This document shows, one piece after another, positions 10,201 to 20,928 of a stretch of DNA of 64,000 bases. Each line of letters starts with the position of its first letter. Within the stretch, counting starts at the first letter, position 1. The DNA is from Klebsormidium nitens. Taxonomy: Eukaryota > Plantae > Klebsormidiophyceae. Below the pieces are notes generated by a model that was not told the DNA's origin, did no database searches, and saw only the letters and a list, made by a program, of their open reading frames with translations. A program made the position numbers and the translations under genes. Location of the stretch: positions 1 through 64,000 of the forward strand of contig DF237393.1 of assembly GCA_000708835.1 (NCBI GenBank), written 5' to 3'.

Positions 10201-13200
10201 AGCGAGCGCAGGGTCGAGAAGAAATCCCGGTTCCCAAAAAGGAATCTTCCCTATATTATTGGACACTTAATGCATAAAGGCTGCCATTGGTGGAGCAGAT
10301 ATCCAGAATCGAAGTCAGTGTAGAGCCATGACCCCAGTTCCACGCAGAAATGTCCGCCCTATCTGTCTGTCCACAGTTTATAGAATGCGCAACAACACTC
10401 ATCGACAAGGCGCAGGCAAAGGTAACCACTCGTAAAACAAGGGTCACGTCAATTACCGGCGCGCCATGGCCCTGAGAATGGGCGAGGGACCCTCTCCGCC
10501 CTCCCCAGCCTCGTCTCGGTTCGCTCTGGCTTCGACAGGTGTCACGACGACATTGGCCCGGCTTTCAGCAGCTGACGCAAGCAATTGTTGCAGGAAGTCG
10601 GCGGCAGTGGTCGCGGACGGGTCGGACTCGGCCCCTCTTCCGGACGTACGGCGACTGTTAGAACCGCTCCCCTGCAGTGAAAGGACATGTATTACAAAGC
10701 GCAAATGTTTGTTGAATCTAGTAGTCTCTACATAGAGAGCTATTGAAGGTTCAGTTTCACCAAGCACCTGCTTCAGCAGAATGCGCTTATACATGGTGAA
10801 GGGCTGCAAGCTACAACGGCTGCCGAACAGANNNNNNNNNNNNNNNNNNNNNNNNNNNNNNNNNNNNNNNNNNNNNNNNNNNNNNNNNNNNNNNNNNNNN
10901 NNNNNNNNNNNNNNNNNNNNNNNNNNNNNNNNNNNNNNNNNNNNNNNNNNNNNNNNNNNNNNNNNNNNNNNNNNNNNNNNNNNNNNNNNNNNNNNNNNNN
11001 NNNNNNNNNNNNNNNNNNNNNNNNNNNNNNNNNNNNNNNNNNNNNNNNNNNNNNNNNNNNNNNNNNNNNNNNNNNNNNNNNNNNNNNNNNNNNNNNNNNN
11101 NNNNNNNNNNNNNNNNNNNNNNNNNNNNNNNNNNNNNNNNNNNNNNNNNNNNNNNNNNNNNNNNNNNNNNNNNNNNNNNNNNNNNNNNNNNNNNNNNNNN
11201 NNNNNNNNNNNNNNNNNNNNNNNNNNNNNNNNNNNNNNNNNNNNNNNNNNNNNNNNNNNNNNNNNNNNNNNNNNNNNNNNNNNNNNNNNNNNNNNNNNNN
11301 NNNNNNNNNNNNNNNNNNNNNNNNNNNNNNNNNNNNNNNNNNNNNNNNNNNNNNNNNNNNNNNNNNNNNNNNNNNNNNNNNNNNNNNNNNNNNNNNNNNN
11401 NNNNNNNNNNNNNNNNNNNNNNNNNNNNNNNNNNNNNNNNNNNNNNNNNNNNNNNNNNNNNNNNNNNNNNNNNNNNNNNNNNNNNNNNNNNNNNNNNNNN
11501 NNNNNNNNNNNNNNNNNNNNNNNNNNNNNNNNNNNNNNNNNNNNNNNNNNNNNNNNNNNNNNNNNNNNNNNNNNNNNNNNNNNNNAACAGAAATTACATT
11601 TGAAAAGACTTCCTCAGCAATGCATTCATATAGTCGAGAAACGAAAGCAACAAGTCTCACTTGTCAGACCGCATACGCTTGTGTATGTTGTGAGAGGAGA
11701 GAGATCGAAACAGAGAAGAAACAATAGACGAAACGGAGAGTCAAGGGGTTATGGGATTTCGAAAAGGGAGTACGTCGCACCTGAGCGCTGCCAGCCCTGA
11801 ACCACAGGTTGTCCGGTTCGATTGCCGAAACCCGCCGGTTGAGCGAGCTCCTTCTGCGGCCCCCACCGCTTCCACTTCGCTCCGAACTCCCATGGCCCGG
11901 TTGAGCCGACTGGCTCCTGGTCTGTGGGGGCGTATTTACACTTTGGGGAGATTGGGTGGAAGCTGGGGGTGGGAACGCGGGGAATGTTGGGGGGGATGCC
12001 GGGAAGAGAGTCGGCGAAGGGGGGTCAGGGACGCGGCCTTCTGCAAGGTCTTTCTCACGCTTTCTGGCACGCTCCTCCTGCACAATGTTCGAGGTAGTGA
12101 GTACCAAAATCCGGTGAAGCCTTATGCTGCTTTCTGGAAGTGCATGCCTACTCGGATACAGATTCAAACGATTCATTCTAAAACAGAAGCGGACCTCAAA
12201 GCAACGAGCTGGACGGTTTCCTGCGTTGGATGGTAATGAAGTCGAAACGTAACGTTCCCTGCATGTTCTTGACAGATGCAAAAGGACACAGCGTTACCCT
12301 CCTTCCAAAAAGGCATGTGTTCGTTGTACGGCGTAGGTGGAACTGCTGCAGGTAAAGCTGTCATCAGATTAATACGACGGAAGCAAGTACATCCTTGTAA
12401 TTCGTATACGCGGTCTTAGCCGTCTCAGGGTCTTAAAGCTCGGTAGACATGTATCTCAGAAAGGCGATATAACATTCGCTTCAGACCTCGAACTTAGTAA
12501 CTGAAGATCGAGACCTGTTCCTGACGCGATCTTTGACCAATTGGCGAACCAAGCCTTTGTGATGCCCTCACCGCTTTTGCCTGCTCCTCCTGCTGCATCC
12601 TGATCTTAGCCTCGATAATGTGCTGCTCTTCTGCCTTCTCCAGTTCTTTCAGTGCTGCGTCCTTGGGCCCGCCGTGCTCGACAGCGTAACCGGGAGTCTT
12701 GCAGAATGGGCACTGTGTCGGTCGCGACGCAATCGGCGACTTCATCTGGAGGAAGCACTCTGTGGCAGAGACAAGGGATGACAAGGAATGATGAGGGATT
12801 CAAAGGGCCAATTTTCCTCACCTACTGTGGATAAATCAAGTTGACACGTGCTCCCTGTGGCACGAGGAGTGAGACAGAACCTTATCATAGTCAACAACAA
12901 TGAAAGCAGAACCCTGAGAGGACGCCTTCTGAAGTAAGCAGGCGACAGCCTTTGACGACGAGCTTTGGAACAGATCTTGACCAACGCAGAACGCCTAAAT
13001 TCAGTTGCAAAAGGAAGGACCCGAAATTGGGCTGTGCAACTTGAACAAACATTCGTCAGCGAACCGTAGTGGTTGGAAAGCTATGCTACGACCAACGCAA
13101 AGAAGGATTACCTCTTCCAGTTTACAAAACCTCGGAAGCAGGTTATCAGGGCCAGTAGGAAACACAAAGTATTTTGTCAGACACTTCAAGAACATCGTGT

Positions 13201-14249
13201 CCTCAAAAGCAGCCACGTCGGCTAGATCAGACACCTCAAACTTGTCTAAAAGGGTCACTTTAAAACGTAGCGCTGGAGGAACCAAGCTCTGACCTGTACA
13301 TATGCCCTTGCCGCAGCAGCGTGAGCGGTTGAGGCTGGGGTAGTGCAGGAAGCAGATGGGGCACTCCTCAAGGTCCAGGTGTGGCTCCTCCCTGCCGGGA
13401 AAGCAAGGCGCCAGCTTACCTGCAATTCAAAACGCAGGTCCCCTGAGCCTGTGAGATGCAATGCTGGCCCAGCGCTTCTGAGAGTTGCCAGATGAACACA
13501 AGCATCTGTAGTCAATGATGCTTACACGTGCTTTTGTTAGCGTTACTATCTTGTCTCTGGAGAGGCAGTCCGTGAATGCTTGAAAGCTGGCGCTCCCTGA
13601 GAATACAATCCGAAACGAGATTTGATCTGCATCAGCTCACAGACAGCGGGACAACAAACTGACATATTACGTTCAATTATTCCAAGCTGCTCAAGCCTGC
13701 CTGAACTTGAACAAAATGTTCCCTGCATTTGCAGAAACTTGTGTTCCTCTCACGCAGTCGCCCGTAACCGCTATATTTTCAAGTTTCAAACAAACAATCA
13801 GCAAGCCCATTGAGTGCCACTCTGCCATTTGATGTCAATTGAAGTCTCAGTGAGACGTCTTTCACCCTCAAAGCCACTTCCTGACTGGCGAAAAAGCTGC
13901 TGGTGCCAGGGTCTTAGCTTGATGTTTGTTGGGCGACAGTACAAGAGTTATTCTCTTGAGGTCCGTTGACCAGGGCAGCTAATAGTCTTTGGAACAAAAC
14001 AATATTGTGAGCATGTATCCAAACAAACTTCGGGCCCAGCTAGGTGATGGCAATCTTTTAAATACATGTCTTTTTGGGTGGATCATTGATCATTTGGAGG
14101 TGGCAAGCTCGTAAGACCTCACCGTCCAGAATTAGGCGACGCAGCTTCTTTGCATCGACATCCCTCTCTCTGTCGGGGTAGAGCCCCTGAGGCCGGGTGT
14201 ACTGATCGTCTACTTTCACCCGCTTCCGGGTGCTTGAGGCGTTCCCCAT
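7245..14249 (-). CDS. DA2: DA2/GW2-like RING-type E3 ubiquitin ligase with extended C-terminus
   Basis: Manually spliced exons 14123-14249, 13294-13419, 12515-12759, 11781-12077, 10457-10671, 9880-9949 and 7245-9281 are GT-AG bounded and phase-consistent. They give [24 protein letters not shown]...[21 protein letters not shown]...[31 protein letters not shown]...RPTQCPFCK...[14 protein letters not shown] and [16 protein letters not shown], the hallmark DA2/GW2 blocks. Extra exons could be hidden in the N gap. Confidence 0.9.
10832..11585. other. Assembly gap (754 N) inside an intron of the DA2-like gene
   Basis: Run of N. The flanking exons (ending at 11781, starting at 10671) join in phase 0 without any additional exon. 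Confidence 0.98.
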
Positions 14250-15172
14250 GATTGGACAAACAGTAATGAAGCCTGCCGGTACTTGAAGGTTTACTCAGGA
14301 CGCTGACTCCTCACAAGCTGCCGTTGTTTGATGAGGTCAGGTGTGATTCCGACGAGGCTTTGCCGATTACTGCTTAGTCATTGCTAGACTCTTTCTCATA
14401 GGGCATATATTTGCCTTCTAAACAATCAAGCTTCGTTCAAACTTCCCCCAGGAAGAGGGACCCAGAATTTATGAATTCAGTCCTCTGCGCAAGTGTAACC
14501 TGTGGGTTTATGGCAGCGACTGATTGAGGTATGCACCAGGTCCTTCAAGTGTGTACTACAAAGGAGTGCGTGCTGCGGACTTCAAGTAATTTCACAAGAT
14601 GACCAGCGTTGGATCTTTGCACCCACCTGCAAACAGAAATGATGGGGCTTGTCAGTGATGGACAATCTTGTGCTTCTGAATGAGATGAAACGCCAATGCC
14701 CTGCATAAGGACCACTAACCCCCAGCCATTTCGTTTTCTTACAGTGGATTGCTCATTACGTCAGGACATGTTGAACATAGACACCGTCCAAGGTCTGACA
14801 ACATTGAAATGTCTGACTTTATAGATCCTCCGGGGCAATTGCCATCATTCGCGCTATCCCCCATTTGAGAGGGAGTGCTCGAAACGCCGCTGTGCTTTCC
14901 TTACCTCGTGACTTCCAGGACCCCATTCCAAATGACCACCATGTTGAGCACCAGCTCATCCTGAAAGCTGATCAAGACCCGTCGCTTTTCTCTCCACCCT
15001 CCTGTTGCTTGCCTGGGCAATCAGTTGCCATCGCCGCCATGACATGTCGCATGTGTGCTCACTTCAGACTTGGTTTGCCAACTCATGAACATCCAATGAT
15101 TCGGCGCGAGCAGCGAGTGCTCAACACCAAACCCCACAAACCCTGGTGGCCAAACGCGCGCCAGCCGCCAGC

Positions 15173-15201
15173 GCGCGGCGGCTGTCGATCAGCCGCCGCG
15201 C
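15173..15201. promoter_or_regulatory. GC-rich perfect 12-bp hairpin in the ~1-kb head-to-head interval between the DA2-like gene and dioxygenase copy 1
   Basis: GCGCGGCGGCTG (15173-15184), loop TCGAT, CAGCCGCCGCGC (15190-15201); 95 nt upstream of ATG 15296. The stem is seen directly; a regulatory role is inferred. Confidence 0.4.
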
Positions 15202-15295
15202 CCTTCGCCCCTGGACATGCAGCTGACACGACTGCATCAGCCGTGTCAAACATAAGGAAGAATGTTTGAAGTCTCAAGGGCAACCGTGGACACTG

Positions 15296-18200
15296 ATGGC
15301 GCCGGCATCATTGGCAAGAGCAACATTTAATGGCCACCTCGTCGCCAGTCCTGGCACGATATGCCGCCCCGCACAGCAGTCTGAACTTGGAGGGAGTCAC
15401 AAGCATGGAATCCAACGTGGAACCCGCTCAGATAATCACCAGCTGCAGCTCCTAGTTTCAAGATCCGGTCGCATCAGTCCTGCTCAGCGAAGTATCCAAT
15501 TCTCGAAGAGCAAATGTATGGGAGGCAAGTCGTCAGATGGGGTCCCACGTCAGGGCACTCAGTCCACTGGGAGCTCAGAAGCTGATGTGCATCAGCAAAG
15601 TAGCCCATCTCTTATGGAGCCTTGCAGCTTTTCGGAAGCTATCAATCAGCACTTCCTTTTGGACGAGTCAAGTAGGGAACAGAGCTGGTACTTGGACAAG
15701 GAAGTGATACGCGGTTGGAATTTGCAGACGTTCAAAGCGGAGTCCGACTTTGTATATTCCCACTCTGCAGGCGGCGTGAGGTACTTCAGATATAAGGAGG
15801 GCAGGGAAGACTATGTTGGTTTGAGAGACGTTCTGGAACGGGTGCAGAATGGTGCAATGCGCGACGGGCGAAAGCTAGAAAACTTGCTAGGCTGGGTGTG
15901 CTATGCCGCAGAAGATCACAAGGAAGTCAGAGGCTACGATCTTGGATACATGGACTTTGAAGCTAGCATGGCTTGGGACCATAAACAGACTCGCCAGATG
16001 TGCAAGCAGATGGGTTTAGACTTCAAGAAAGTGAAGCTGCATCTGGCATGGGCGGCCGGGTATGCGAAGGGGATTGACAGAGGGAACAGTCTTTTCTGCT
16101 ATGGAGCTGTGAACCGGCTGGACGAGCATGATTCGAAACATGCCATGCTGCATATCTGGCGGGAGGGGCCGGCAGGCGAAGCTTTTTCTCCACACGTGTT
16201 GGACTGCGGTTTAGACGTAAGGGCTCGCAGCGACGCGCGGTGCATTCAGTACAAAACTGGCTGCATTCCTCAAACTCAATTGATGCGCTTGATAGTGCGC
16301 TTTGGAGACACTCTCTCCATGTCTAGCCAGCTGCTCTTACCAGCTTCTTGCTTCTTGATTGAAACAGGCAACGTTGAGAAGAGTTCTTATAAAGGTCTCA
16401 CGCCAGCTCAGGACACAAATCTAATCGTTGCGAGTCCTTGCAGGGCACCGAGGACTGCCTGGTGATTCCGCTGGGAAAGCTAGACGTGGAAACGGTCCCT
16501 AAGTATTGCTCCCCCTCTCCCTATGGCGACCTGCTCAACGAGTCAACTCAGGTGGACACCGGGGTGCGGCGCGCTCTTGAAGCGCGCTTCAAGGCACGTA
16601 AGGAAGAAGAGGACGAGAACCAAAGCTCATTTGTTGAGAGAGTCCGGAACAGAAAGGTAATGAGGTCTTGCCAAGCTCAGTGGTTCTGGCGTCACTAAAG
16701 GTCTGGTGTAAATGCATAATGTTCTGCAGTTTGGTCAGCATTTCCAACGGCCACACTTTCTTCAGCAGTTCAAGCTGGCCGACTTATCGAGCTGCACGAT
16801 AGTGACTTTGAGTGCGCTTGCCGCCCTCTTTGGGGCGGATTGATGTGTTTAACTGGTTGTAGCAGCGTCTACAGAACGTTTGCAGCTTCAGATTTATATT
16901 TGTGTTTAAGCTGCGCAAAAGGCGGGTCTGGAGTGTGACCGTGAAAGTGAGGCCGTCTCCGTCTAAGATTTCAAGAAGCACTGCTAGTGACTAGGGCCAA
17001 GCATGATTGAGCGTCTTGTTCGCTTCAAGTTTATTTGCAAGCGTCTTAGTCCCACAAAATTCCTCCGAAACGGTTCTGATGTCAGCTTCCAATGGTAACT
17101 TGACTTTTCGACATAGGTCTTTGGTCCCTTTGCAGCCTTGCTTTGAAGCCTTGATCCGCATCGCTGTGGCAGCGAAGCTTTGCTTCAATCAAGCAATCAA
17201 ATTGGTCCCCTACAAGCTGAATATTAATGGTGAGGCGTCTCGTTTCGCACGAAACAATGCTTCACAATTTCGGAACCTCTGTCCTGGTGACAAACTTCGG
17301 AAGATGAACGGAAGGAACTGCTCGCTTGCAGGCTCGACGCGCCAGAATCTTTGAAGTCCTCTATTGTCAACGTTGGGCTAGCTAGAGGCCGGACTTTTGA
17401 ATCCGTGTTTGGTAGTAATGTCAAATGATCCTTTCCCGCTGATCAAACTTGCGTTGGCATCTGGCTGAGTCCATGTACGAAATTTATCCAACATGCAAAC
17501 TGAAACTTCAGCTTCTTAGCGTGTCCCGATTCTGACGAGCATCGGCAGGCCCATTGCGATCGAATTCTGACAGAAATCCTTATGCTTGATCCCCTTCGAT
17601 TGAGCAGGCCCCGGAGACTTCTTCCGGCCTCACGTGGACACCCCCGTCGACCCTGAGCTTTTCATCGGGACGGTTGTCGTCTGCCTCCCGTCGCCATTCA
17701 CCGGGGGGGAGCTGATCGTTACGCACGTGGATGCTTCCCACACCTTCGACTTCGCAACTAAGTCCAACGACAAAGCCGTCTTCCAGTTTGCCGCGTTTTA
17801 CGGGGACTGCCTTCACGAAATAAAGCCGGTCACCAGCGGCCATCGCATCACGCTGACGTATCACATCATGCGAAAGCGCCCCAACGTCACGTTTGAAAAT
17901 GATGATTCGGAGTTCAGCCCGGTAAGCACTGAGGTCGAGTCTTGTATTTTATGTCTCTCCTTCCACTTTGGGCTGCTTATGATGACCCGTGACGTCAGCG
18001 GACCGGATGTCCGATGATGAATGCACATCCACTCTTTCATAGGCTGCTCCGTCCACATTTTTCTATCACTATAAAGCAGTAAGAAGAAAAAGAAAACAGA
18101 GTTGCCGCTTCCTACCTAGGGGCCGATTTGCCTTGTTGAGCGGCACAGGATTCAGATTGCAGAACCGCATTCAAGATTTGACCAGACTTTGAGATTGTCG

Positions 18201-19790
18201 ATCTTTCGTGGGACCAAAGGACCATCGGAGCAAGAAGGCTCGTCGACGCTTACCATTTTTCCAACAGGAAGAAGTGTTCCCTGTCGAAGCCGACGACATT
18301 TGTCAAGAGCAGATTTGCAACCAATTTCAGGCCGAGCTGCGGATCCTTTCGTCTCTTGGACTGCCGTACGTGGGCTTTCTTCTCCAGCATGGTTACACCC
18401 AGGCGGGAATCTCGGAAAAGGTAAGACTTTTCGGCAGGTGGCAGCATCCGCTTACTTCAATTCTCTAGGGACAAAGAGAGGCCCGTAAGAGACACCTACG
18501 AGCCAGGTTGCCACGTTCCACACTTGCTCTTTCGTACGGCCTCAGCACGAGCGCAACACGCGCTTCTGCAGGAGCTCCGCGGGGGCTCGCTTTTCTGATG
18601 GCGAGCCATTTTTGCATCGTAGTCACAGATCAGATGATATCTCTTTTGCAGGGTGCCTATACTGGGCGGTTGCTCATTACCCCCTTAGACGTCAAACGGC
18701 CCTTCTCTGAAAGGATTGAGCTCATGTTTGCAGATCGTTCCACTTTACAAGGAAGAATGTCCTCTTGATCCGTTGCCGCTCAGAAGATGATAATCAGCGA
18801 GCGTGCCTGAATACAAGGCTTTGGTGCTTTTGCAGGGTTTGAAAGGCAGTGACAGATTATTCTACGAGCTTCTCACCGCGGCTGGCTGGAAGTGCCACTT
18901 CGTCCCGGTACTCGTGGTCAGGAGATGGAACAGAGGGACGAGGTTTTCTAGTGAAAGCGATTTCAAGTGCACACTGGAAGTGCTGTCATTTACCAATGAT
19001 GACTACGACTTTCTGAGGGTGAGACTTTATTGCCTGCGTCAGATACCTTCAGAAACGCTTTCTGAATGACATGAGAGCACATTCATTTGATTTCAAGCGC
19101 TTTTGTGAGGCGCAGTCCTTCTCCATTGGACTTCGCCGCTCTCAGTATTCTCCTTCCTGGCCGAACTCGTCAAGCTACGAAGAAGAGATGATCAGGCTCC
19201 ATCGACAAACGTTTTCCTTCGTCCTACCGTGCTTCCCGCTCACAATTCTGATAGTTAAACTCGTTCACCTTGCGTGCAAATAGAGAATCTTCCATCTCTG
19301 CTGATCCTGAGTCGTAGGCGTATTCAGCAAACAACGTTATACACATGCTGCGGGGAAGACATCTTTAGAAAAATCTGGACGGTCTGTCCAGCCGCACATG
19401 GTTGCGTTGAACAATAATAACAGTCAGCGTTTAGGTTGCTCGAATGGTCAACGTGTAGGTTGCTGGAGCACAAGGTCGAATTAGCACGCTAAGGGGAAGG
19501 AATTACAGAGGTGACTTCTTTCTTCGTTCGTTTTTCAGGGAGCTGCAGAAAGTGCGCCGACCCATGGATTCGAGGCCCGGATCCCGTTTATGTGGTACAG
19601 CGAGCCACAAGAACGGAGGCTAGTCGAGTGCATACTGGACGGTGAAAGATTCATGGGAAACATATCCATGCCGGGCAGAGAACTGAAGATATATCTGCAG
19701 TCAGTTATGATTGTGGATCTGCGCACCAGAGACACCGCTAACGCTCGCAGTAGAGATGCCGTGGCCTTACTGATTACCCCAGCAAAATGA
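15296..19790 (+). CDS. 2OG-Fe(II) dioxygenase family protein, tandem copy 1 (~709 aa; transit-like leader + unknown N-domain + dioxygenase + LKGxD domain)
   Basis: Exons 15296-16216, 16444-16656, 17136-17229, 17608-17921, 18268-18420, 18836-19018 and 19539-19790 are GT-AG bounded and in phase. Motifs: PYKLNINGPGDFFRPHVDT (H-x-D at 17631-17639), IGTVVVCLPSPFTGGELIV, FYGDCLHEIKPVTSGHRITLTY (distal His and 2OG-binding Arg), VGFLLQHGY...GLKGSD. Confidence 0.85.
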
Positions 19791-20928
19791 AGAAGGCTTG
19801 AGACACGTGCCAAACGCCTTTCACGCAGATAGAGCAGTTATCCTTTTGAATGGTCACAAGATGAGGCCTCATGTCAGACAAGATGGTCGAGCATTTGTTC
19901 TTACGCATGTGGAAAATGCCGGGCATGCTTGAGATCGAGAGCATCATGTTTCTGGAAAGGCATCCCAATCCTGCGTTCCGGGCAATATATAGAAGCGTTC
20001 TTGCCACTGGTCAATATCAGGGGCCAATTGTTTATTTTTTAAGCGCTGCTAGTATTCGCCTAGCGCGTGGAGGTAATCAGCTAGGTGCACTCAGATGCAG
20101 ACGACCTCTACGAAAAGTCTCCACTGCAAATTACCACCATGTTGTAACGAGATACGTTAGATGTTGCGTATTGTCTGCCGGTTAGAAACACTGACAAGGT
20201 AGTAGATAGTGCAGATGCACGACAAATGACCAACAAAGTTGAGCATCACGTTGATCATGTACATTATACGAGGTCAACGTTTTTTTGACGAACTGAATTT
20301 TATTGCTCTCACACCAACTTCACGTGAGCTAGCCTGCAGGGACGTTGTTTGAAAATGGCTATACCTCTGCCACGCTCTCTTTTACTGTGCGTCATGCTTT
20401 GCATTGTAATCTCACTCGTAGAAACCATAGCTTGCATAAGCCCAGATTTAATCTGCCTTCGTAGCTTACGAGATTAAACGAAGTCGCTGCAGAATGAACA
20501 TTGATTTTCTTATTTACTGAAACAAACCCATTAAGCTTGAAACTCATTACGAAAACTAAAATGGAAAAGATTTGCAGACGTACGGTCAGGACGTATGGGA
20601 AACATCTGGGCATTGGGGCCGGCCGGCCGCCTGCCGCTGCCATGCCGCTGCCGCGGCCGGATGGCAATAGCTCAGAGGCGATCGGACCTGCCTGCATGAC
20701 GATGCTTGCCAAGTTGCACGTACCGTCGTACGTGACCGTGGGCCGCGGCCGCGGCCGTCGGCCGATCAGAGGCGGGCTCATGTGCGCGGGGCCGCGGTCT
20801 GAGTGACGTACCTTCGTGCGGTCACGCCCGCAAACGCGCGAGGTTTATCCAAACCTCTGAACCGGCCAGCACAGGCTCCTACTAAGTTACCTTGAAAGCT
20901 TCATGCAGCTGCAAAGCTCTAGATAAAG

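Noticed and set aside
10773-11800. ORF-track entries of 295 aa and 339 aa
   Set aside because: They are artefacts of translating through the 754-N gap.
19871-20185. 104-aa plus-strand ORF after dioxygenase copy 1, considered as its missing terminal exon
   Set aside because: It has no acidic tract or SAWR motif like copies 2 and 3, and no convincing splice connection.
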